A program made the translations under genes and the position numbers. A DNA stretch of 64,000 nucleotides, taken from contig NMRA01000529.1 in assembly GCA_002633005.1 (NCBI GenBank), positions 237,768 to 301,767 on the forward strand, written 5' to 3'. Under the pieces are notes generated by a model that searched no databases, was not told the DNA's origin, and saw nothing but the letters and a program-made list of their open reading frames with translations. Shown piece by piece: positions 28,201 through 40,200 of the stretch. Positions within the stretch are counted from its first letter, which is position 1, and every line of letters begins with the position of its first letter. Source of the stretch: Phoronis australis. Taxonomy: Eukaryota > Animalia > Phoronida.

Positions 28201-31200
28201 CTGGGCAGATTTCAGTAAATCGTGAGACCTTGAAGCTACGGCGGAAAATCTTTGCCTATGAAAATTCTTGCCCGCAATTTGTTAGGTCTACACCATAATT
28301 CAACATCTCAACATCGCCGGTCAATCATGTTGCTAGGAAATGATAGTAAGTTTTGTACCCTTCTTACGAAATACTCCCTTTCACTCGTATGTATTTTTGA
28401 GACCGTGCTTTTTTCACTAGATAACTGACATGGGTTCCGTAGAGGCGACAGTTTCCCGAATACGTGAGAACACGCAAGAGTATTCAGTATATCGTTAAGT
28501 GGTACCACGTATGATAAATCACATCAGCTTGCCTAGCGGCATTTTTGAGTTTTCAAAGCTTTATCCAGGTCTAAGAAAAACTACACCGGATTGTTTTCTT
28601 GTGTGCTTGAAAAGACTACGAAATCCTTCATGGAAAAATCCAGTGAAAGCGAGGCATGTGACGTTACTATCAATAGCGAAGAGTAATTCTTGTTAGAGAG
28701 CTAGCTCCTAACCAGCAGACCTAACTCACCACAGCTCGGCCAGTGACACACCTTGGGGACTGTTGGTACTACTCACCCCACGCAAAGAGACATGCCTTCA
28801 TCATGAATCGTGGCACATAAGTACCGAGCACCTTCACAAATTTTAAATATTGCAGAATTCCTTCGACCAGCATCCAGCAGAAGGAGACGAGAATCAAGTA
28901 ATGAAGTAGAACAGCCACCGCAACACAACCGCTTCTGTTGGTCGTCTGCTCCACTCCGGCTAAGAACACAATCATACTCAACAAAAGGGCTACGGAGAGA
29001 TTGAAGAGGGACTGTTGTGAACGGCCTTTGCCTAGCTTTTTGAACCCTGCGATGGACCTGTTTGATTTGCAGCATCGGCTGAATAACCTATGTGTTGATA
29101 AAAAAGCGAATCATCAGCTGTATTAATAAAGATAAAACCTTTGCAAAAACATGAAGCACTCGACAATAAATAATTCTTAGAGTCGATGTTGCGAAAATGT
29201 TTTTGACGTCATAATATAAATAAAGCAGGGGCGTTGGGAAGTAGGAACATGTCCATGTAGTCTGCGCTTTACCTCAAGTAGGACTACATTTGTATGTCCA
29301 TGTGGTCTGCGCTTTACATCAAGTCCCACCTGTGAAGGGCGGAGGCCTTGCAACATTTATTTAATTTACAGGCTACGTTCGACAACGTTTTGAAATTGCA
29401 TCACATTGTTTAACGAGGAGTAAGTATGATGATTTACTTTACGCTACCGCGAAAATAACAGTTATCTCATTTTCACATATTGGTTCCTTAGATGGAACAT
29501 AGTAGCATCGATTAAAACAAATGCTGCCGCAAACTAAAAAGCCAGCGCACTGCATCTGTCAATCTACAGACAATTCTTACATTTTACAACTAATTGCTCA
29601 CCTGAATACGAGGAAGGTGCTTATAGTGCAGAAAAGGCCGATGATAGATAATGACAGGCCAACGATACTGATGATGGACAAAGCAAGCTTGTGACCTTCG
29701 TCAATTGGCGTTCTGTGTACATCCTGGAGAAAATAGACCCAGGAAACGTATATAAAGCAGCTTTACATAAAGCACACAGCTTATCAAGAGTTCACGTGTA
29801 AACCAGATGTGCACACCAACGTGGGAAGGCACACACACACGTACACGCACGAGGCACAAACACACGTACACGCACGAGGACACGCACGAGCGCAAGAACA
29901 TGCAATGTAAAGTTGTAAGTGATTTAATGGATGAGTAGCAACACGTGTTTCAAACACCTTTTGCACACGTATTCCATCGTGAGATTGGTCAACGATTCCA
30001 AGATGTTGAAAATATCACATGGCATTAAGCTTACTACGCTTCACGTATTTACTTCAAGAACTCTTTTTAGTTGCATGCATACACAATGATTACTCCTTTA
30101 CACTTTTAAACATCTGTTTTTGAGGGAAATGATGTTTGTGTTTCGCGTTATTCGGTATTTTCCCATCCCACTTGATACTCCAATCAGCAACTCACGTTGT
30201 TGTAACTCGCGTGACAACTTTGTCACACTTAGTGTGGCTATGTTCCCTGGAGAATGAAATGTGGCCATAATTCACTGAAGGTATATGGTACCAATGGCAG
30301 ATGATGTACTAAGGATTTTCAGTCCACCCTATTTATACTCGAAGGGCCTGTTCACCAGTGGCTAGCTGGAGTTGGTGAAGTTTAATTATGTAATGGATAA
30401 AACGAAAGGGTTGAAATTGATTTTTCGCGAGGATTATGCTTCAAGAATTGTGCTTGCAAACCCACCAATATTGGTCTATGTGCCATCAATATAGTTATCA
30501 ATTCTGGAAGGTTTACGAATGAAGTAAGAGAGCACTGCTTGCCAGTTTAAACTAGGTAAAAGTGGAGTGCTCAAAACTAAGTATACATAATCGGTTGTAA
30601 AAACTTTAAGTCACCTTGCAAATAGCGAAGTACTTTATATTCCACAAGGAAGGTTTACTAATAGACACGCTGTTCAATCTATTGCAGTAGATTTTCCCAA
30701 CATTAAAACAACACAAGTAGCGTGGTGTGCTCATATTGGACCGGTGACATGGAACCAAACACCTGGACATTTGTTATTTCACCTACCTACTATTTTGAAC
30801 TTTAACCTACACAATAAACTATCAGAGAGTTTCTAACACTAGTGCTTTCATTTAAAAATGAAAGCACGAGTGTTTGCTTAAATTTGAACAGATGGATTTC
30901 AGTAACCATGTCCAACTAAGAGTTTTCAAAGTAACGTTTGCTGAATATTGTACTCACCAAAAGTATTGCAAAGTTTGTGAGGTGGTTACACATGCAAATA
31001 TGTCGCTCATTTACACTACCGTTGCTCCAACATCCGTCTTGACTAAAGTCTGAAAGGCCATGGTCCCAGTAACCGCACGCAACGGAGCCGCTTGAAAAAT
31101 CACCCTGAGAAAAAAAGTATGTCACTTTAACACAGGCCTATGACTTAACAATAAAATTTGGTTCATTTCTATACTTTGACAGTGTAAGGGTTACCTTAAG

Positions 31201-34200
31201 CTCGGAGTCAAGTGGTCCTCAATGCATTCCAGCAACATACTGCAGTTGTAAGAGGAATCGGTAGAGCGACCAGCACCGATCTACTTACAATCTAAAATGT
31301 CGACTGTTCGTAGCCGTTGTGTCCTTTTTTACTCGTTAGTATCACATGCGAGAGAGCCGTAGTGACAACTGATAGAGAGTGAAACAAGAGAGAAGTAGAT
31401 ACATGTAAATTTACTGCGCTTATTATGCGCTAAATGTAAAATACATCATTAGCCTCCTTCTTCATTGTACCCTCACAAGGTTTGGACGGCTCCCAAATCG
31501 CCAATGTGGAGCAATGAAAAATTTGTAAGCTAAAGTAAAAGCTAAAAAGTAGAGAAGTCGAGACTCTAACTGGACATTAAAGAGACCCGATAGAGTTACC
31601 AAATTGAGATTTTTACCAGATAGAAACGGTACCCGGCAGAATCCGAAGTTGACTGTGTGGGGCCAATATTTATAGGCAAATTGACACCGCGAATACACCA
31701 GATTGCGCTAAAATAGGGGTCTCAAGTTAAAGCAAAAAACAAACAAAATACAACAAAAACTTTCGTCATCGGAAGTACCAAATAAGAGAATTGACCAACA
31801 TACACCCCTTTAAAATATAATAACCTACTCTAGCTTCTGGAATGGGGCTATTCGGAGAATTCTCCACGCGGTGTCGCTGCTGTACTAGTGGTGGTTGAAT
31901 TGCGCATGCGTGGCTGTCTGCACGTAAACAACTGGTAAAAGATGGCATTTTTATCAAAATAAGTCGTCGCGCTAAGCCTTATTACTGCTAATTCCCTTGG
32001 TGCAAGTTTTCGACAGGTGGCCACAAATTCCCAAAAGACCTAAGGTTGCTATATTCGTGGACAATTGCGGTCAACAGGGTCAACTAACTGACAAAAAGTG
32101 TGTGGATGCTGAAGCCCCGTGTGTGCTCTATGACTATGCAGTTCCATTCGGAGGCTACACAACATTACTTGGTAAGTTTTTAGCAATCAGTTTCTATCAA
32201 CATCGTTCGGTGATGTTATCCCCACCAGTTACCCCACTGTGTAACAGGTTTATTGAGTGGAACTAAGTGTTTCTTTTTGGAAACTCACCCGATGCCGGGT
32301 AGGCTAACAGCACATATTCATATTGTCCTGAGTGGGAGAGCTCCCAAAATAAGATGTGTATGGTACGTGATGCACAGTAGTCAAGAGTGACTTTTTCACA
32401 GCAGTCTCTCTTCAAAACTATGCTGTTTCCAATCAAATTCTCTAGATGAGTGAGTTTCCTTATTTTATCGTGGACCCCACCCCCAGGACCACCAGCTCAG
32501 TTATCGAATTAACATGAATAAGCCTTAATTCAGTAAATGTCCTAACATTGCATTGGAAAAAAATTGCTTGTTGAAATCAGAAGCACATTTTAAGTGTCAT
32601 GAAAAATACACATTGTTAAATCACTTTTAGCCTGTTTCACATATTTTAATTCAGATATTAAGTAAGACTTGGGTACAAAGGTTATTAGTTTCTACACATA
32701 AACAAGAAGATGAAATATCAAGTATGTTCTGCCTTACAAATGTAGTTTTGCCTTGTCTTTTCTTTTACAATTTGCTAATATTTCTATTCTGTTACAGGCA
32801 AGAAAAAAAACAACTGAAACCAACCGCCTGACCATCTATTTCACCGTTGGACAAAGTGAAAAGCAATCCTTCAGCAATAACCTGAGAGAATTGAACGTAA
32901 TTCTGAAATTCAGCACCTGATATGCCTGATTATGGACTCCCTCGCAATGTTGCTCCTTTCTGTGCTTTTTCAGTTTGCCATTTGTTTTTAAATACACTGA
33001 TAATTGTTTATTCTCGAATCTTGTGCATANACTTTCACGTATAAGAAAATCGAAGATTTTTATTAAAAATCTCCAAACAACTGTTGAAGTGTAATTCTCA
33101 ATTGAACTTTGGGCATTTCATCCATCGGCTTCATTGTCACCCATTTTGTCTCTTCACTAGTACTTATTCTGTGTCACGTACGTATGGCAAGACTATCGTT
33201 AAAGACGTTTATAATGTGTTATTACCTCTTTTGATAAATATTCTTGATGTAGTAAATTCGCGTTTTGAGTTTTGTTGCATGAGACACTTTTACAGCGGAC
33301 GAACACATTAGTGCATAGCAGGCGTGCGTTCTGTAACACTAGGACCTACGCTAGGACGTAGTTAAAACCTAGCCAGTGACATGTTCTCATTTAAAATGCA
33401 CGGCAATAATTTCACGTATCTTTCGAAATTTTGCTTTTTAACGAGGTCGTTACTGAACAACGGGAGGCAGGTCTCCTGCAAACAGAGCGTGTGACAGCTT
33501 GCGTGTCAACTTTCCCAGCCAGCTGTAGTCGCACTCATATCCGTCAAACTGAAAAATAGTTCGCGATTCCTGTCCGTCGTCGTCATTCCTGTCGTGCTAC
33601 ATGTCACAAAAAGAGCGTCATCCTGCCTTTCGATGCTTCGGACGTCCGTCTGCCGTTTCTCTCAGAAAAGGTGCATTGTTCCTGTTTCGATTATATTCTG
33701 TACATCTTGTTTATGGTGCGTTTGAAACGTGCAGTTGTCTGCCGCTAGTTGCGCCGGTTTGTGCAGCTGTACAGACCCATAGAAGCCATAAGTGAGTCGA
33801 TAACCTGACGGAGCCGAACCCGGCTTTGGTCGAGGGAGTTGTGGGTCGAGGGAGTTGTGGGTCGAGGGGGTCGTGGGTCGTGTGGTCGAGGGGTTGTGGG
33901 TCGAGGGGTTCGAGGGTGTCGAGGGGGTTGGAGGGGCTTTGGAACTATCCGCTACTTGACAGTGTTTTGCCAACAGGACTGACACCTATTGAATACCACA
34001 TTTAGCAACAGCTTGAGTTCTAACCTGTTTCACGGTATTATAATTTTTCAATTGAGACGGCCGAGGGTAAATCAATCAATAAACATTTGGGTTTACTTAA
34101 ATCTACCACATTTGATTGTTTGTTTCTAGCAGTGCCTTTAAATTGCGCTTTACATGTACTTCTTCGTCGAGTTAAATCATTGACATTCAGAACTGCAAAC

Positions 34201-37200
34201 ATCATATTGGAATATTGTGACTTTAGCTAGATCTGATATGAATTTACATAAGCAGTCAACGTAATATGGACGGTGTGACAGGGAAGAATTTTTCCATAAC
34301 GTCGAACTTGCCAATCAGCTATCATATAAGTGAAATCATGTATCGAATCCCCGGGCAAAACCTGCTAAAGATTGCGATATACGTGGTTTTAGCGACATAA
34401 AATTAAACTTTTAATAAAGTTTCTTCATTGCAAAGTCTTGTTGTTTCAATGCTACACTTCACTAGAGTGATATTTCGAGCACATCCGTTGACTGATAGCA
34501 TGATTGTATTTCTTGACCTGCTCTCTCTTTGAATGAATGAACTTCACAGAACCTATTTTTGGTTAATACCTGGTGTACGGTTTTATCCAAAATCCTACCC
34601 ATGGGCTTATCTTCACGAAATTAATATTTTATCACACAATGAGCGAGGGGATCTTATTCATTTGTAATATTATTGTGATATTGTGTCCTTTAGGGGACGG
34701 ACTTGTCAAAAAACGAATCAAGCTTTTTAACTAACGCCCATAGATATTGTTGTGAGAAATTCGACGGACCAAAATATGTAATGTTATAATTTATCTTGGG
34801 AAACCAAAGTAGGTTGAATTTTTTATAAATATTTCATTGTAGCATAACAAATAATATGAATTATTAAACGCACATTCACCTACACATACACGCACATGCG
34901 TGATTATTTTATTTTCTCCAAAATCACATATTCACGACTTCCTGCTCACAGAGCGGTGACAGCAATTCTAATGCTCTTGCACTTAGATTCCTGAAATACA
35001 TGATAAATATATCATTCTCAACCAGAGTNTTCAGCCTCAATAACATCCACAATTAGACCCTTGAAGGTAAACACAGCAGCATATCACTTGAATCGTTTTG
35101 AGCCCAAAATCAGACTCTGAACTAGACCAGAGTGTGACTAGGTCTTCTTTAGCTTCAGTCCCTCATGTTTCTTCCAGGAAAGGAAATAAGCTATTGCACA
35201 CACATGACTCATTGCCTATGAAAGGGCATCCTCACCAACAAGGCTTATTTGTGTAGCAGTCAAATATAGTTCGTCTGGATACACAGACAGTCCACTGGCA
35301 CATCGTCTTATGGTAACTTAGTACTGTGATTCACATTTCTCCAAGGCCACTGACTTGCACATTGTGCCATGCAGCACTGCTGGTGTGTGGAAGTGCTGTG
35401 GGAAGAGAACGGAGTAACAAAGCTTGTATATGATACAGCTCGAAGTGGCCTTGAAATGTCACTGAACCTGGAACAAATATTGAAATATGAATAATTAAGT
35501 ACTCCAGATTGGATCAAAAATGTTATCCTGTTTTTCAAAAATATGTGGTGATTGGTCTACAGTTTCACATAAAAGTAAATAATTACTATTTTCAGAAACC
35601 AAGGGTGTATATAATGAGTATTGCATAAAACTGTGTCTTTAGTTTTTATCCATAGCCATAACAATTCTTTAAACGCATCACTTGTCTGTAAAATATACAA
35701 GTTATTTTAGACAACTTCAAACCTTTGTTACCCATTTTCAAGCCTTTTTAATTTTGATACTTTCAGCAGTTTTAAACTCAGATTACAGGTTCATGGGTCT
35801 GTCAAGCATACTTCTAGCCTAAGGTTGAGGGAACCGTTTTTCTTTTAATAGAAGATATGAAAAATTGGGTCATTTAAAAATTATGGATAATCTTTCTGTT
35901 GTTTAAGAGTAATTACAAATCGTAAGGCACCATCAAAAATGCAATTTTCACAAAAATGGCAGTCATTTGAATTTATAACGACTTGCAACATTTCAAGGCA
36001 TGAGTTAAGACTATTCAGTCACTGTGAATTCGGAAAATGTAATATATTTTCGTGGTTTTACAATTGATACAAGTAGCAAAACAGTTTCATGAAATCAACT
36101 TGAAGGGACCTCGTGAAGGTTAAGAATTACCTCACCATGCTCTTTTCCCCAAACATGTATTACCTGTTATTTCCACACAATCAGTTGTACCAAATATCAC
36201 AACCCCCCCTATGCCAACCCCCCTCGGGACCTGAATAAGTAATTTAACAAAATGACTTTAAAAATAGCTGTTCCTTTTCAAAGGCTTTGTTCGTTGTCTC
36301 CAATATTGAAAGTAGGCTTTGACAACAGATTTGCACTGGATGGGAAGATCTTGTTGGTTAGCTGCAGTCAAATGCTAAAAAACATTTTTTGTCCATTCAG
36401 GGACGGTGCAGAAGCGATGCATATCTCCTCTGCACGGTACAAGCCTTCAAACCTAAAAACCAAAGGTTACGTGAAAACTGACGTGATAGATTTCCATTTC
36501 AACGTCTAATAGATTTCCAGAAGACATATGATAGGGAGTAAACAAATAGTCTATTGCAATGGATATTTATCACTCACGTAGCCTTTGCCATTGGGATTGG
36601 ATTGTAATCTTAACTCATTAACCTCTATCAGAGTTGACAGCATGAACATTCAGCATTGATTGATGTAACTGTCACTGATAAACTTTTAGAAATCATTCCA
36701 AACAATAATAATACTTTGATGTAAGAAAAAATCCCGATTGCTACGTCAAGTATCGTATCACATATCACAACATACAAAGATTAACCAGACTCTGGCTGGC
36801 GACTGANTCGAGCACAGTCTGATAACCAATTATCTTAAGTTCGCACTAAAGGAGCAGAGAAATTGCCAAACATAGTTTCGAGTTCGTTTCGAGTACAAAG
36901 ATTAGAGACCGGGCCCAGGATACACAGACAGTCCACTGGCACATTGTCTTATGGTAACTTAGTACTGCGATTCACATTTCTCAAGGGCCACTGACTTGCA
37001 CATTGTGCCATGCAGCACTGCTGGTTTGTGGAAGTGCTGTGGGAAGAGAACGGAGTAACAAAGCTTGTCTATGATACAGCTTGAAGTGGCCTTAAAATGT
37101 CACTGAACCTGGAACAAATATTTAAATATGAATAATTAAGTACTCCAGATTGGATCAAAAATGTTATCCCTGTTTTTCAAAAATATATGGTGATTGGTCT

Positions 37201-40200
37201 ACAGTTTCACATAAAAGTAAATAATTACTATTTTCATAAACCAAGGGTGTATATAATGAGTATAGCATAAAACTGTGTCTTTATTTTTTATCCCTAGCCA
37301 TAACAGTTCTTTAAACGCATCACTTGTCTGTAAAATATACAATTTTTTTGAGACAACTTCAAACCTTTGCTACCCATTTTTAGTTAGCCTTTTTAATTTT
37401 GATACTTTCAGCAATTTTAAACTCAGATTACAGGTTCATGGGTCTGTCAAGCATACTTCTAGCCTAAGGTTGAGGGAACCGTTTTTCTTCTAATAGAATA
37501 TATGAAGACTTGGGTCATTTAAAAATGATGGATAATGTTTCTGTTGTAATTACAAATCTTAAGGCACCATGAAAAATGGCAGTCATTTGAATTTATAAGG
37601 TCTTGCAACATTTCAAGGCATGAGTTAAGACTATTCAGTCACTGTGAATTCGGAAAATGTAATAAATTTTCGTGGTTTTGCAATTGATACAAGTAGCAAA
37701 ACAGTTTCATGAAATCAACTTGAAGGGACTTCGTGAAGGTTAAGAATTACCTCACCATGCTCTTTTCCCCATACATGTATTACCTTTTATTTCCACACAT
37801 CCAGTTGTACCAAATATTGCAACCCCCATGGCAATCCCCCCACGGGACCTGAATAAGTAATTTAACAAAATGACTTGTTGTCTCCAATATTGAAAGTAGG
37901 CTTTGACAACAGATCTGCACTGGATGGGAAGATCTTGTTGGTTAGCTGCAGTCAAATGCTAAAAACCAATTTTTGTCCATTCAGGGACGGTACAGAAGCG
38001 ATGCATATCTCCTCTGCACGGTACAAGCCTTCAAACCTAAAAACAAAAGCTTACGTGAAAACTGACGTGATAGATTTCCATTTCAACGTGTAATAGATTT
38101 CCAGAAGACATATGATAGGGAGTAATTAAATATTAGTCTAATGCAATGGATATTTATCACTCGCGTACCCTTTGGCATTGGGACTGGATTGTAATCTTAA
38201 CTCATTAACCTGTATCGAGTTGCCAGCATAAACATTCAGCATTGATTGATGTAACTGTCACTGATAAACTTTTAGAAATCATTCCAAACAATAATAATGC
38301 TTTGATGTACGAAAAGATGCCGATTGCTACGTCAAGTATCGTATCACATATCACAACATACAAACATTAACCAGACTCTGGCTGGCGACTACCTGCCGCG
38401 AAGTCGACATCGGCGAGTGCCTCAGTTAACAAGCATCGGTAGAATAGTCATGGAATAATCGTTAAAATAATCACAAACCTTACCTTTGTATGAGGTCGTG
38501 CTTACTTGCTCTCATAGAAGCACCCTTTTTACGCAATCTCAGATTTAGTTGGCACGGCTGCAAGCCATTTCACCATGTATTTAAATGGCTCGCGAAATCG
38601 AGGCTGTTAATCTATCACCACTAGTACACGCACGCCCTCTAGTTATTGTAGATTTTCCGAATAGCCCCATTAAACATAGTCTTAACTCACGACTCGACCA
38701 ATGGACGGCGCTCCCGTCACAAAATGAATAAAAGTACAAAAAAGTTAAGGTTATGTTAAACTTTATGTAGTGATTCTTTAACTCGTATATCAGACATCCA
38801 GGCTACACTAACTAGTAAAATACATATTTCCTGAAAGAACAAAAATCAGGCAGCATAAAAATATCTCATTATGATTATTATATTAGCTGTTTTGTCGGGT
38901 TTCAATGCATAGAGGAAACTATGTTAAGGGAGGAGGTAACGTTGGTAAGTGAATAGTGCAACACATGGACCATGCGAGAGACTGGAGAATCAAGAAATGA
39001 AATGGAGATACATGGACATCGCCCATCAACAAATATACGTGTTGTTTCGTTTTTGTGCTATAGGTAACCGATTTTTGCATTTTAAACAACGAAACATGTC
39101 AACGGTCATTTCGAATTGCACGATACTGATTAGTTTAAACTCGGGAGATTACCTCCCAAAACTCTCTGCGTTGACGGTCCCACGCGCTTTACGTGACAAT
39201 GATAATTAACTTTTATTGCAATAACAACTCGTAACATAAAACTCTTAGTTGTAGGTTGCATATTACATATACTTACTCTTTTTACAGGCAGAAACGTGGC
39301 TGTGAGGGGTTCATCTAATTCGACTTTCACTGATCTTGTGTTGACTTTTGCCGAGACAATTTTACTGAAGGTGACCCACTGTTTAATGCCTGGGCTGCTA
39401 CCGGATACTTCGTATCGAGTTTGGAACAGTTTCCAGTTGTTGTAAATGATAAAGCTTATCTTCTGACCAGCTGCCCACTCTAAAGACGAGTGCATAAGTT
39501 TTCGGTGAATCAGCTGATATCGCCTGAGCAGTTAAATGACGGAATTCCATATACAGTTGTAAACATGTCTTTATCTATGGTACAATAGACTTATTAAAAT
39601 CAAAAAAGCTAAAATCAAACACTAACCACTTAGTTACAGTACAGTGGGTACACCAAATCGCCAACTGGGCTACAACAACCTGACAAAGCAAGTTTTTGAC
39701 AAGCTGAGTGAGCGGATCAGCCGTAGTGATAATAGACGTACATGTACACGTGTATTGTAAGGAACGTGATGTTGTGGCTCAGTTTGTGCCGCATGGGAAG
39801 GATTGCTGATGGGTGAACAACCTTATCTATGTCATCCAAGTGTCCAAAACAAAGAAATGTTGTGTAACCATCATCAACCTTCAAAGATTGGAGAATTTTT
39901 CAAAAATTCTTTAAAAAATCCGCTAAACAGGCAAGCATGAGCTACACTTTAGGTAAATTACACATGTGTAGCGAAAGACCGCTCACCAATTTGCGACATA
40001 GCGTGTGTGTTTTTAGACGAAGCCCACTTTTATAGATCAAGTGAGACGCTAATGGTGCATAAGTACATACATGTACACTGAGCTGTACCTGTATAACCTG
40101 GTTACTTGATATTCTGGTAAAACAGGTATTGGTATAGTCTTTCTAGAAACACACAGTTGTCTACGTCAACATACCAATCGAAGAGCTGCGTTTAAATATA

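Larger units (their letters stand above)
31844..38668. mobile_element. ISL2EU-type DNA transposon, decayed, in the intron before the GPS exon
   Basis: TIRs GGGGCTATTCGGA(G/A)AAT with AT on both flanks, plus a matching subterminal TGTACTAGTGGTG. Plus-strand THAP remnant HKFPKDLRLLYSWTIAVNR..PRVCS from ~32022. Minus-strand SAP-like remnant LRLRKKGASMRASKHDLIQR|gtaag at 38484-38542. Confidence 0.7.

Noticed and set aside
33828-33925. Possible CRISPR-like array (also 41450-41494 and 52273-52358)
   Set aside because: These are tandem units without unique spacers, in eukaryotic DNA with no cas genes.
33662-33985. Pro/Ser/Thr-rich ORF resembling a mucin stalk exon of the aGPCR
   Set aside because: It is the reverse translation of the GGTCGAGGG array inside a transposon, and the flanking exons already join in phase without it.
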